DNA of 64,000 bases from Candidatus Helarchaeota archaeon (GCA_019058315.1 JAHPZH010000006.1:249715-313714); one strand, 5' to 3'; positions 10,168 through 20,490 are shown, counted from the stretch's first letter. Made by a program: numbers and translations. The notes: generated by a model from the letters alone, not told the origin.

Positions 10168-11628
10168 TTACCAATTATCTAACCAGCCACTTAATTTACC
10201 AGAGACAGTTCTTTTAATCTTTTTTGAGAGATCAGTATTATAATAAATATCCGCCAATTTTATGATAATTGGAATTTCATAACGTTCAATTTTTATATCA
10301 TATACAGCGTTCATCGATTTTATTAGATTATCCTCTGAAATTTCCGTAAAAGACTCGCATTCTTTTAAAATTTGATCCGTGTGAAGTATTAATCGCTCAA
10401 ATTCAGAATTAGTTTGTAAAATTTGTAAATTTTGACCTTCAATTTTTAAAATATTTTTAAATAATCGAAATTCAAAATCAAATATCTCATGATTTTCATA
10501 AGGATCAATAGCAATGTAAGAATTCAAATCAACAATAAGATAATCTTTGAATTTTTTAAATTTCTTTTCAAATTCTAATCTATTGACAGATAAAATTTGT
10601 TCTCCATATTCTAGGTTTATAAATATTTTTTTAAGAAATTTTATTAATTCCTCAACAATTTCTTGCTCTCCTATAAAAACGACCGGAATTCGAAAGAAAA
10701 TTGCATGAAAAATATTAAAAAAAAGATCTTGTCTAAAAAATGATATTAGATTTTCCATTGAAAGATTTGATAAATCCAATTCACTTTTAAAATCTAGCAA
10801 TTTCTCAATAAATTTAGTTCTAATATTTAATTTTTTATCAATAAATGCCAAAAAATAATGGTCACATTCGTTTGTACAAAGTTGAATGCGAAGGGTATTT
10901 TTTTTCAGAAGATAATTAGGAATGAATAAATAAGTTGATTTTTTACATTCAGGACATGAAATTTTGATAAGTCTGTGCTCTCGAAAATCTATATAATTCT
11001 TTGTTAACATTTTATAAAGAATTTCGAATAATTGATAATCTTCTATATTTAGTTGATTCATTATATCAAATAAACTTAAAGTTCCGCCACATAAATTCAT
11101 AATTTGGCTTTCTAATAAACTAAATTTTTCTTTAGAACTAATTTTTTTCGTGTAAAATGGTAAAATATTTTTATATAAATTCTCTCTATAAGATAAAGTA
11201 GGTATTTTTAATTCTTTTAAAGGTAGTTCTATAGATAAAGAGGTATTTCCAGCCAAATTTAAAGGAGAACTCTCAATTTTTAATGTACATTCCTCAATTG
11301 AATTTGAATATTTATTTAACATGCTTTTAAAGGTAAGTAATTGCCCGATTTTTCCCTTTGGATTATAAAGTATAATCATAGCATTATCTGCACTTTTAAA
11401 AAAAACTATATTTTCTGAACTGAGAGGAATGGAATGATCTCCCTGTTGAAGATATTTGAAATTTGTGTGTACAAAATCGGTTATAAATTTCTCATGATTT
11501 TTAAAAGCAGAATTGGAATAAATGAAATTTCCATAACTATCAGTAATTGAAACATAAACCCTTACACCTGTCATTTCTCCCATTTTTGCCATAATTTCTT
11601 TTGCTACTCGAAAAATACAGTCTTCCAT
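10168..11628 (-). CDS. Asgard-type multidomain hypothetical protein (sensor-like N-terminus, wHTH, Zn ribbon, DENN-like core)
   Basis: 486-aa ORF; CPEC...CDHYF Zn motif; IFHAIFFRIPVVFIG resembles a DENN core helix-strand. Confidence 0.5.
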   Translation of the reverse strand: MEDCIFRVAKEIMAKMGEMTGVRVYVSITDSYGNFIYSNSAFKNHEKFITDFVHTNFKYLQQGDHSIPLSSENIVFFKSADNAMIILYNPKGKIGQLLTFKSMLNKYSNSIEECTLKIESSPLNLAGNTSLSIELPLKELKIPTLSYRENLYKNILPFYTKKISSKEKFSLLESQIMNLCGGTLSLFDIMNQLNIEDYQLFEILYKMLTKNYIDFREHRLIKISCPECKKSTYLFIPNYLLKKNTLRIQLCTNECDHYFLAFIDKKLNIRTKFIEKLLDFKSELDLSNLSMENLISFFRQDLFFNIFHAIFFRIPVVFIGEQEIVEELIKFLKKIFINLEYGEQILSVNRLEFEKKFKKFKDYLIVDLNSYIAIDPYENHEIFDFEFRLFKNILKIEGQNLQILQTNSEFERLILHTDQILKECESFTEISEDNLIKSMNAVYDIKIERYEIPIIIKLADIYYNTDLSKKIKRTVSGKLSGWLDNW

Positions 11629-11820
11629 CTTTCTATTTCACCTTTATTTTTTAAAGTAAAATTCAATTTAAGTGCGATTCTTTAATTGATGTTTATATAA
11701 AAATATGTTGAATTTGAGATAAAAACATGTGGAATTTGAGAACAAAAAAGAAGAGAAATATTAAAGATTTATTCTCGTAAAACGAAAAGTTAATTAGAAA
11801 TTAATTTCGTTTTTATCTTT

Positions 11821-13137
11821 ATGTCTCGATCTGAAATCAAATTAAATCCATTAGCTATCGAATTAAATGAAATAATAAAGGCAAATCCCAAATTATTTTC
11901 AATGTTTTCTCCCCTAGGCAGAAGATTATATTTTCCAAAAGGGTTATTAAGTCAAGGTGCAGAAGCAAAACAAAAAGCCAATAAATTTAATGCAACTATT
12001 GGGATAGCAACAGAAAATGAAGTTCCTATGCACCTAAAGTGTATCCGTAGTTATTTTTCCGATTTAGACCCAAAAGACGTTTTTAATTATGCCCCTCCAT
12101 CTGGAAAATTAGAATTACGAGAAAGATGGCGTGAAAAAATTCTAAAAGATAATCCGTCTCTTAAAGGAAAATTATTCAGTATGCCAATTGTTACAAATGC
12201 TATTACACATGCCTTAAGCATAACGGCTGATCTTTTTGTTGAAGAAGGAGATAAAATAATTTTACCCAATAAAATTTGGGGAAATTTTCGTTTAATTTTT
12301 GAGATTAGACGTAAAGCAGAAATAATTCAATATCCTTTATTCAATCAAGAAGGTGGATTTAATATTTCTGGATTTGAAGATATATTAGATCGAAATAAAG
12401 ATAGAAAAAAACTGGTTATTCTTTTAAATTTTCCCAATAACCCAACAGGATATTCAATTAAGAAATCTGAAGCTGTCGAACTCGTAAAAATTTTGAAAAA
12501 AGTAACTGATAAGGGTCAAAATATTATTGCCATTTGTGATGATGCCTATTTTGGTCTCTTTTATGAAGAGGAAGTATTAAAAGAATCACTCTTTAGTCAA
12601 ATAGCAAATTTAAATAATAATCTTTTAGCTATTAAAGCAGATGGTGCAACAAAAGAGCTATTTGCATGGGGCTTTCGAACGGGATTTATTACAGTTGCCT
12701 GTGGAAATACTGATCAAACTGTTTATAATGCATTAGAGAAGAAAATTATGGGTTGTATTAGGGGAACAATTTCGAATTGTTCTCATCCATCCCAAACTAT
12801 AATTTTACAAGCTTTAAATTCGCCAGATTTCAATAAACAACAACAAGAAAAATTTGAAATTTTAAAAGCAAGAGCATTAAAAGTCAAAGAAGTTCTAAAA
12901 TCCGACAGATATGAGGGTGCATGGGATGTATATCCTTTTAATTCGGGATATTTTATGTGTCTACGCTTAAAAAACGTTGATGCTGAGAAATTACGACAAC
13001 ATCTTCTTAATAAATATGGTTTAGGGATTATAGCTTTAGGAAAATCAGATATTCGAATTGCTTTTTCATGTTTAGAATTGGATTCCATTCAAACGGTCTT
13101 TGATACAATTTATAGTGGAATAACTGATCTTTCTTAA
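11821..13137 (+). CDS. PLP-dependent aminotransferase class I/II
   Basis: NATIG, NFPNNPTGY, DDAYFG, GATKE...WGFRTG. Confidence 0.92.
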   Translation: MSRSEIKLNPLAIELNEIIKANPKLFSMFSPLGRRLYFPKGLLSQGAEAKQKANKFNATIGIATENEVPMHLKCIRSYFSDLDPKDVFNYAPPSGKLELRERWREKILKDNPSLKGKLFSMPIVTNAITHALSITADLFVEEGDKIILPNKIWGNFRLIFEIRRKAEIIQYPLFNQEGGFNISGFEDILDRNKDRKKLVILLNFPNNPTGYSIKKSEAVELVKILKKVTDKGQNIIAICDDAYFGLFYEEEVLKESLFSQIANLNNNLLAIKADGATKELFAWGFRTGFITVACGNTDQTVYNALEKKIMGCIRGTISNCSHPSQTIILQALNSPDFNKQQQEKFEILKARALKVKEVLKSDRYEGAWDVYPFNSGYFMCLRLKNVDAEKLRQHLLNKYGLGIIALGKSDIRIAFSCLELDSIQTVFDTIYSGITDLS

Positions 13138-13282
13138 TTTTTTTAAATTCTATAAGATCATTCGAATCTATATAGTAGTTTAATTCTTTTTAAGGCAGTA
13201 CTCTTAGCGTAATACTCACTTTATTATTTCTAAAATTTAGTATAATTCTCATAAATAATACAAGGATGTTATGTGAAAGAAT

Positions 13283-13633
13283 ATGTCAATACGTACTCTG
13301 AAAGAATTAGCATATACTTACTTTAAAAACATGGGGTATTCAATTCAATTTAATGTATCTCTTCCAGGAAAGATTCAAAAATGTAATTATAAATATGATA
13401 TGGTTTGCACTGACTCAAAAGATAATAAAATCGGTATTATAATAAAAGATTGGGGAAGAAGCATTGGAATTAATGCAATTAGACATTTTCATGAACAAGT
13501 AGTAAATTCTAATATGACCGAAGGAGTCCTTATAGGGCGATATTTTAGTGGATATGCCAAAAACTTTTCAAAGGATTATTATAATATCAAGACTCTTTCG
13601 AGAAACGAATTAATTTATCATTTGGGCATTTAA
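13283..13633 (+). CDS. Mrr-like restriction-endonuclease-fold protein, probably degenerate
   Basis: YFKNMGY...YDMV...IIIKDW...IG...FSGYA pattern; the (E/Q)xK acidic residue is missing. Confidence 0.65.
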   Translation: MSIRTLKELAYTYFKNMGYSIQFNVSLPGKIQKCNYKYDMVCTDSKDNKIGIIIKDWGRSIGINAIRHFHEQVVNSNMTEGVLIGRYFSGYAKNFSKDYYNIKTLSRNELIYHLGI

Positions 13634-13718
13634 TGCGTTTTGAAAAGGTATATGTAAATTGTTTTAAAGATAATGCAAGGATTTAACAGTAAAAATAGAA
13701 AAGAAGAATAAAATAAGC

Positions 13719-14123
13719 TTAACCCAATCTTGTAAGGGTCTGATCACAGACTTCAGAACCCTTTATAGTAAGAACCCACCCAATACCTCTCTTTTGGATA
13801 AAACCTTGCCTTTCAATTTTATCCAAGATCGAGAAAAGTTCAATTTCGTTTACGTTTTTTCGGAAATCCACTATAACACTTTTTACTACGTCTTCGACGC
13901 GAACTGGCCCTGCTAACTCATCTTCCATTACCCCAACACCTGCAATGACTGCATCTTCAACTGATAAATCATGATATAAGTTTAATTCATCAAATTCATC
14001 AATCATTGAGGGATATTCTAGTAATAATTTATTTATTTGCTCAAGATCATCAGCTTTTATAGCTTTTTTTATCAAATCTTTAACTTTCTTCTTTTTCATC
14101 ATTATAATTTCTTCCGTAAACAC
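13719..14123 (-). CDS. Hypothetical protein with C-terminal winged helix
   Basis: LDKIERQGFIQK...WVLTIKG; likely start ATG 14102 or 14099. Confidence 0.6.
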   Translation of the reverse strand: MFTEEIIMMKKKKVKDLIKKAIKADDLEQINKLLLEYPSMIDEFDELNLYHDLSVEDAVIAGVGVMEDELAGPVRVEDVVKSVIVDFRKNVNEIELFSILDKIERQGFIQKRGIGWVLTIKGSEVCDQTLTRLG

Positions 14124-14316
14124 AATAAATAAAAGAAATGCCCAAATTATCTCAATAATTAATAGTAATCATTTTTATAAATTGTTTAGATATATTTGAT
14201 TTTTTTTAATAAAAATTGAATATATAATTAAATATTTAAAATTGTTAATTTACTAATATTAAAAAAGAATAAAAATAGCTTAAAAAAATGCTGGATTAAT
14301 TTCGGGAGAATATTAA

Positions 14317-15612
14317 ATGAAAACATTAATATTAGCAGCTGGGGAAGGAAAAAGGTTAAGACCACTTACAGAAACATGTCCTAAACCTATGCTTCACATT
14401 GCTGGAAAGCCAACACTTCAACATGTTATTGAAAATTTAAAAAGTACAGGTTTAAATGATTTCGTTATAGTAGTTGGGTTTTTAAAAGAGCAAATTATGG
14501 ATTATTTTGGCACAGGCTTTGATTTTGGTGTTAAAATAAAATATGTGGAACAAAGAAAGCCAGAAGGACCTGAAGATGCCATTTTATCTGCAGAATCAGA
14601 ATTAGGGAACGAATCAGAATTTTTAATTGCACATGCTGATACTTTTTCAGACCCTACTATGATTAAAAGGACAATTGAAACTCATCAAAAATTAAATCCG
14701 GAAGCAACAATTTCAGTAACTTTGGTGGATAATCCAAGTTTATATGGTATTGTTGCTATTGATGAAGAAGCTAGAATCCAGCAAATAATTGAAAAACCGA
14801 AGCCTGGTTTTGCCCCATCTAACTTTGCGGTAACTGGAATTTATATCTTCAAATCTGAAATTTTTGATCATCTATCCAAAACTAAGCATTTAGATGATGC
14901 AATTCAGGCCATAATTACTAAAAAAGGTAATATTTATTCTTCTGTATGGGAAAAAGAATGGGTAGAAATTCGTTACCCTTGGGACATTTTAAAAGCAAAT
15001 GAATTTGTATTAAAAAGAAAATTAGAGGGTAAGGGTTCTTTTATTTCAGAATCTGCAGAAATTTCTGACGAATCTAGAATTAAGGGTCCAGTGGAAATTT
15101 CAAAAAATGTTATAATAAAAGCCGGAGCCGAAATTGTGGGTCCCTGTTTTATTGATGAAAATGCTTATATTGGTACGAATTCTTTGGTCAGAGGTCACAC
15201 CTCAATTGGGAAAAATTCAATATTAGGATATGGAACTGAGATAAAAAATAGTGTTATTTTTCCTGGAACTAAAGTAGGGCGTCTTAGCTTTATTGGTGAT
15301 AGTATTATTGGAAATGATGTTAGATTTAGATCGAGTATTCAAGTATCAAATTTTCCATCTGTAGAAAAATTAGAACCTGAAGATCCAAAAATCAAGATGA
15401 ATTTTGAGAATGAATCAATAATAGTTCCATTAAGAAAATTCGGTGCTATAATTGGAGACAAAACGGTACTAGAAAACAATGTTTCTATAGCACCCGGAAA
15501 AAAAATCGGTAGAAATTCGATTATAATGCCAGGATGTATTATAGAAAGTGATGTGGCATCAGAAACAATAGTTTCTGTAAAACAGAGTCTAGAATACAAA
15601 AAACTAAAATAA
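14317..15612 (+). CDS. Bifunctional sugar-1-phosphate nucleotidyltransferase/acetyltransferase (archaeal GlmU-like)
   Basis: ILAAGEGKRLRPLT..PKP, EKP, YPWD, C-terminal hexapeptide repeats. Confidence 0.9.
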   Translation: MKTLILAAGEGKRLRPLTETCPKPMLHIAGKPTLQHVIENLKSTGLNDFVIVVGFLKEQIMDYFGTGFDFGVKIKYVEQRKPEGPEDAILSAESELGNESEFLIAHADTFSDPTMIKRTIETHQKLNPEATISVTLVDNPSLYGIVAIDEEARIQQIIEKPKPGFAPSNFAVTGIYIFKSEIFDHLSKTKHLDDAIQAIITKKGNIYSSVWEKEWVEIRYPWDILKANEFVLKRKLEGKGSFISESAEISDESRIKGPVEISKNVIIKAGAEIVGPCFIDENAYIGTNSLVRGHTSIGKNSILGYGTEIKNSVIFPGTKVGRLSFIGDSIIGNDVRFRSSIQVSNFPSVEKLEPEDPKIKMNFENESIIVPLRKFGAIIGDKTVLENNVSIAPGKKIGRNSIIMPGCIIESDVASETIVSVKQSLEYKKLK

Positions 15613-15643
15613 TCATAAAGTCAATTTTAAATGAGGGATATTT

Positions 15644-16909
15644 ATGTCAGAAGAAAATGAAAAAGAATTAAAAGAAGAGAAAGAAATAAAAGATGAAAAA
15701 GTAGAATTAGAGGTAGTAAAAGAGGAAGATCAAGAAAAAATTACTGAAACTGAAGATATTGATAGAGATGCTCTTCTAGCTGAAGAAATGACATTATTAA
15801 TGAATGAATTTCAGACCGAAATAGTTGAAGGAGTAATTTCAAGAATAAGAGTCTATCTTGCTATTTCTGAACAGTTAAATTTTATTGTTGGAATCGATTT
15901 TAGCAATTTTCCAGATAAACCATTACTTACTGTGCAAGATGAATTAAAGTCTCTAATAAATCCAGATGAATTGGATACTATGAAAACTTGGAAAAAAGGT
16001 ATGCATATAGTCGAAATTTTCCGTGAATTAGAACAAAAGCTAGTTGGAATCAATAAAACAAAACAACAAGTAAGGCTAATTTCTGGAGAATTTAAATCAG
16101 AAGAAGTAGGACCTAAACAAATAAATGTTGATTTACTTACTTTTGGATTAAGGGAGTATCGAATTGAAATAGATTTAGAACCTCTCCCAAAAGTTCCTAC
16201 TATGAAATTTTCAAGTGAATTGCAAGATATGGTTAAAACAACTTATCAAGAACTTGAATCTGTAAAAAATTGGGATTTCACTATTATGTCTGTTAATGAT
16301 ATTCTCCGTGAAATTCAATGGGAAATTGATAAAAAATCAAGATTAATATTCGAAGTTGATCTACTTTGGGGCCTCGATAAAGTTGATTATAAACCCGATC
16401 AAAGAAAGATATATATTGAAATGAAAGGAAAAATGAAAACTGCAGATCAGATTTTTAAATTTGAAGTCGAACTTCCAGAAGATTACCCATCTAATCGCCC
16501 TACTATAAAGATTGTTTCAGAGGTATCAGATGATGAAGTTGCAAAACAAATGGAAAATGCAATGAAAATCTTGGATGAATGGTCCACCTTTACATACCTT
16601 GTGGATATATTTGAAACTATTTCTAAGGCAATTTTAAAAGCATCCATTATTTCATGCATTATTTGTCATAAAATGGAATGTCCTACTTGTGGTAAACCTA
16701 TGGTAGAGGTTGAAGCTCCTACAACGCCCCCCGAAGCTGCTGAAATGACCGGTGTTCCTACTGGTTCAGGAGGTACTTGCCATACTACTTGCCCTCATTG
16801 TGCAAAACCATATCATGAACACTGCTGGAACCAAAATATCCAAGCAATTAAAAAATGTGCGTTTTGTATGAGAGAGCCGTTTGTAACTTCTCCCATTCAA
16901 CAAGAGTAA
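15644..16909 (+). CDS. Putative E3 ligase: three tandem RWD/UBC-like domains plus C-terminal RING variant (FANCL-like architecture)
   Basis: Three x-P-x-x-x-P turn motifs (NFPDKP, PLPKVP, DYPSNRP), each followed by W...IF/IL; C-terminal CIIC...CPHC...HEHC...CAFC; directly upstream of E1 and E2. Confidence 0.7.
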   Translation: MSEENEKELKEEKEIKDEKVELEVVKEEDQEKITETEDIDRDALLAEEMTLLMNEFQTEIVEGVISRIRVYLAISEQLNFIVGIDFSNFPDKPLLTVQDELKSLINPDELDTMKTWKKGMHIVEIFRELEQKLVGINKTKQQVRLISGEFKSEEVGPKQINVDLLTFGLREYRIEIDLEPLPKVPTMKFSSELQDMVKTTYQELESVKNWDFTIMSVNDILREIQWEIDKKSRLIFEVDLLWGLDKVDYKPDQRKIYIEMKGKMKTADQIFKFEVELPEDYPSNRPTIKIVSEVSDDEVAKQMENAMKILDEWSTFTYLVDIFETISKAILKASIISCIICHKMECPTCGKPMVEVEAPTTPPEAAEMTGVPTGSGGTCHTTCPHCAKPYHEHCWNQNIQAIKKCAFCMREPFVTSPIQQE

Positions 16910-17027
16910 ATAAAAAATAGAATTTTATTTTATATTTTTATTTTATTATTTTAGATCAATTTTTAACAAAATTAAATAATAGAACATAGAAATAACATAA
17001 AATTATGAATAATTAGAGGAAAAATTC

Positions 17028-18257
17028 ATGACAACCAAAGAAAAGAAACTTTATACTCGCCATCATATGTTAGAAGGATGGGCGCAAGATTTAATCAAAG
17101 ATTCCACAGTTTTTATGATCGGAGTAGGAGCATTAGGATGTGAAATAGCTAAAAATTTAGCTTTAGTTGGTATTGGAAAAATGTACCTCTGTGATGTTGA
17201 TACAATTGAGACATCAAATCTCTCACGACAGATGCTCTTCAAACCTGGTGATGAAGGTAGAGGAAAAGCAGAAGTAGGTGCTGAAAGACTTAAGGAGTTA
17301 AATCCATTCATGGAAGTGGAACATTTTAATCAATTCCTGCAAGAAATTCCAATGAAATTCTATGAAGAATCAGATCTAGTTATTGGGGGTTTAGATAATA
17401 TAAGAGCTAGATTAGATTTAAACGATATTTGTCTTCGATTGAAAAAACCACTTATTGATTCTGGAACTCTGGGCTATGAAGGGCATGTACAAATAGTAAT
17501 TCCACCAGGGATAGAAGGGTTTGAGCAAACCCCATGTCTTCGATGCCTAATGCCAATTCCGCCAACCGATGAAAAGCTTGTAGCAGCGTGTACACCAAAA
17601 GGAATCCCACAAAAACGTGAGCATTGTGCTTTAAAGGCAGAATATGAATTCGGTAAAAAGTATAATAGAAGACCTGACTTTGAAAATGATGATGATATTG
17701 CTGTATTGGTTGAATATGCAAATAAATTTGTGGAAGAATATAAATTTCCTCCAGAATTTAATGCCGAAGATATGGAAAATGTGATAAAAAATAAAATGCC
17801 CGCAATACAAACTACAACTGCTGTGATTTCATCCATTCAATCCCATGAAATCTTAAAAATACTCCATAAATTGAAAGGTTATGATATTGGACCTTTAATG
17901 AACCCACCGTATATTAATTATAATGGAAAATATGGTTTATTTGAACAGATAGAGGTAGCTATTTGGGATGAATGTCCCGCTTGCGGTAAAGGAATTGATT
18001 TAAGAAGGATTGAAATTGAATCATCTGCAATTATTCTTTCTATTTTCGACCAATTGAAGTATGCAGGTTTTGATTTAGACCCTGATCAAACGTTAATAAC
18101 TAAAGAATTAACAAAAAAAGTAGTATGGAATCCATATGTTCCTAAATTAAAAGATCCTAATAAAACAATTGAAGAAAGTGGTATCCAAGATCACGATCTC
18201 CTTATGTGCTCTGTACCGAATCAAGAATCAATTAGAATTTTAGTAATTTATATTTAA
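17028..18257 (+). CDS. Eukaryote-like ubiquitin/Ubl-activating enzyme E1 (Uba3/Uba2-like)
   Basis: GVGALG, DTIETSNLSRQ, CLRC, catalytic AACT...EHC, PAIQTT, CPAC, and a C-terminal ubiquitin-fold-like domain. Confidence 0.9.
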   Translation: MTTKEKKLYTRHHMLEGWAQDLIKDSTVFMIGVGALGCEIAKNLALVGIGKMYLCDVDTIETSNLSRQMLFKPGDEGRGKAEVGAERLKELNPFMEVEHFNQFLQEIPMKFYEESDLVIGGLDNIRARLDLNDICLRLKKPLIDSGTLGYEGHVQIVIPPGIEGFEQTPCLRCLMPIPPTDEKLVAACTPKGIPQKREHCALKAEYEFGKKYNRRPDFENDDDIAVLVEYANKFVEEYKFPPEFNAEDMENVIKNKMPAIQTTTAVISSIQSHEILKILHKLKGYDIGPLMNPPYINYNGKYGLFEQIEVAIWDECPACGKGIDLRRIEIESSAIILSIFDQLKYAGFDLDPDQTLITKELTKKVVWNPYVPKLKDPNKTIEESGIQDHDLLMCSVPNQESIRILVIYI

Positions 18258-18530
18258 AAACTCCCCCTATTTTTAATCGATTCAAGCTATTAAGACATTT
18301 TTTTAATTAATCATAATTGTAGTATTCTAGACAATTCGAGTTCATTTATAAACGATATTTTTCACAAAACATATAAATTGAATAGTGCAGAAATCGTAAG
18401 ATATTAATGAATCCCAATCAAAATTTAAATTATTATAAAATTAAGCTAAAAACTGAAAATTGATACTTTAATATTTGAAAAAAGAAACTTCTGTTCTTTA
18501 ACGGTTGATATTTAATAAGAGGTGAAGTTA

Positions 18531-19040
18531 ATGCGAGAAGAAACAGACTATGTAGAAGCAACAAACCAATTTAGAGGAGATGATAGTGTTATCATCGAAC
18601 CTTGGGTTGACAGAGTCGATCATTTAAGAGTTATCATAGTTGGAATTTCAAATACTCCATTCCATAAAGGTAGATTCGTATTCGAAGTAAAATTACCATC
18701 AAATTTTCCTTATGCTCCCCCTTATGTGTACTGTCAGACTCTAATCTGGCATCCAAATATAGATCCAAGTGTTCCTCCAGGAAAGACGAATATTTGTTTA
18801 GATCTCATTAATCCTGATCTAATTGGGAAAGTTGATCCCCAGACTGGAGCTTCAGGTTGGACTCCTTCGAAAACTTTAATAAATGTAATAGAAGCTCTCA
18901 AAGGTATGATTCATTGCCAACCACCCTTCTTCAATCCTGATGATCCACTGAATAACAAGGCAGGAGAACAATATCAAAAAAATCCTAAAAAGTTCAATGC
19001 AGAAGCTAAAAAATGGACAGAAAAATACGCAATGAGATAA
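18531..19040 (+). CDS. Ubiquitin-conjugating enzyme E2
   Basis: TPF..G.F, FPYAPP, WHPNI, catalytic ICLD, WTPS; GAGGTGA SD before ATG 18531. Confidence 0.95.
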   Translation: MREETDYVEATNQFRGDDSVIIEPWVDRVDHLRVIIVGISNTPFHKGRFVFEVKLPSNFPYAPPYVYCQTLIWHPNIDPSVPPGKTNICLDLINPDLIGKVDPQTGASGWTPSKTLINVIEALKGMIHCQPPFFNPDDPLNNKAGEQYQKNPKKFNAEAKKWTEKYAMR

Positions 19041-19071
19041 TTCCCAAGGATTTGAAACGAGGGGAATAAAA

Positions 19072-20490
19072 ATGTCTGAAAAGAAAGAAAAGAAAGAAGA
19101 AAAAAAGGAAAAGAAGGAAGAAAAGAAGGAAGAAAAGAAAGAGGAAAAAAAAGAAGAAACGGTAATGGAAAAAAAAGAACCCTCTGGTGTTCAAGAGCCC
19201 GGTATTGTACATCTCAGCCTAAGAGCTTATCAATCTATTATACTTCATGCATCTCGATTTGCAAATTCAAAATTACCAATGGATGCTTGGAAGGAAATTT
19301 ATGGATTCCTGATAGGCAAATTGGAGGGGGAGGACGTTATAATAGAAGATGCAGTTCCTATGGCACATGGCTCGAGTGTAGAAGTCGAATTCGATGAAGA
19401 ACATTATATTAAATCAGCACAAATTGATTCTATGGCTGCCGAAAGAGGACAGTTTATGGTGGGATGGTATCATTCTCATCCTGGCTTGGGGTTATTTTTA
19501 TCAAATACAGATATAAAAAATCAACTCGGTTATCAAGGTCCAAATCCAAAAGCTATAGCGTTAGTTTTTGATCACACAAAATTAGATCCTCCAAAGCACC
19601 CAGGATTTGATATTTTCAAGTTAGATGACCCAAATTTAGGGACAATGTCGGACTTTCATGAAATAAAATATAAAATTGAAGAAGTAGATCATAAAAGTTT
19701 CACCGAATCTCTTGTTGACATGACGGAAAGAAGTGTTTCTAGGTTACCACTAATAGCCGAATTTGGAGAAGAAGGCACTATTTTTAGCTCAGGAGATGAA
19801 AGTTCCGATTCATCAATGCCATCAATAAGTACAACTCCACTTGGAGAAATACGTATTACTGTTCCGGCTATGAATATTGATCCAGCTTTAGAGGGGTTTA
19901 CACAAGGTTTTAAAAGTATGTTACAAGAAATTATGCCACCTATGTTTTCATCATTTGCTGATCAAACACAACAACTTGCCAATACATTTCAGGAATTAGG
20001 CAACCGACAAGTAAAGGCTATGAATGATTTACAAGAATTACTTTCAATTGGAATTGGAGAAGTGCGAACTCAAATTGTAAAAAAAATTGATGAAAGTCAT
20101 GAAGGATTAGTGAATGTCTCCGCAACAAACTTTGCAAACTTGACTGAGATTGTAGAGAAGACTTCCGATGACGTTTCAGACATGGAGGACCGAATAATTG
20201 ATGATGTTGTAAAGAGTAAAGATGAGATTCGAGAAAAAGTTTCAATTTCATTGTCCGAGTTTCATGATGATATAGGAAAAGAAATGGACAAAATGAAAGG
20301 CGATATTGAGGATATGGAAAAGGAAATAGTAGATAAAATAAACCTCCATATTGATAGTGTAACTGAAGAACTAACCAAAATTATTGAAATGAAAATTAGC
20401 GATAATTTAAAGGAATTTAATAAAGCAATAACAAAACGTCTTAATGATTTAGAAGAAAAAGTCGAAAAACTTAGTACAAAGGGCAGCTAA
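19072..20490 (+). CDS. JAMM/MPN+ isopeptidase (Rpn11/CSN5/BRCC36-like) with KEE-repeat N-terminus and long helical C-terminus
   Basis: EIYGFLIG and VGWYHSHPGLGLFLSNTD give an intact JAMM motif. Confidence 0.92.
   Translation: MSEKKEKKEEKKEKKEEKKEEKKEEKKEETVMEKKEPSGVQEPGIVHLSLRAYQSIILHASRFANSKLPMDAWKEIYGFLIGKLEGEDVIIEDAVPMAHGSSVEVEFDEEHYIKSAQIDSMAAERGQFMVGWYHSHPGLGLFLSNTDIKNQLGYQGPNPKAIALVFDHTKLDPPKHPGFDIFKLDDPNLGTMSDFHEIKYKIEEVDHKSFTESLVDMTERSVSRLPLIAEFGEEGTIFSSGDESSDSSMPSISTTPLGEIRITVPAMNIDPALEGFTQGFKSMLQEIMPPMFSSFADQTQQLANTFQELGNRQVKAMNDLQELLSIGIGEVRTQIVKKIDESHEGLVNVSATNFANLTEIVEKTSDDVSDMEDRIIDDVVKSKDEIREKVSISLSEFHDDIGKEMDKMKGDIEDMEKEIVDKINLHIDSVTEELTKIIEMKISDNLKEFNKAITKRLNDLEEKVEKLSTKGS
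19078..19160 (+). repeat. Purine-rich low-complexity repeat encoding (KKEE)n
   Basis: aagaaagaaaagaaagaagaa... reiterated at the start of the JAMM gene. Confidence 0.85.

Noticed and set aside
18258-18530. Possible unannotated ubiquitin gene between E1 and E2
   Set aside because: AT-rich, no ORF of suitable length, and no Gly-Gly terminus seen.
19006-19212. Phe/Leu-rich 68-aa minus-strand ORF
   Set aside because: Antisense shadow of the (KKEE)n repeat.
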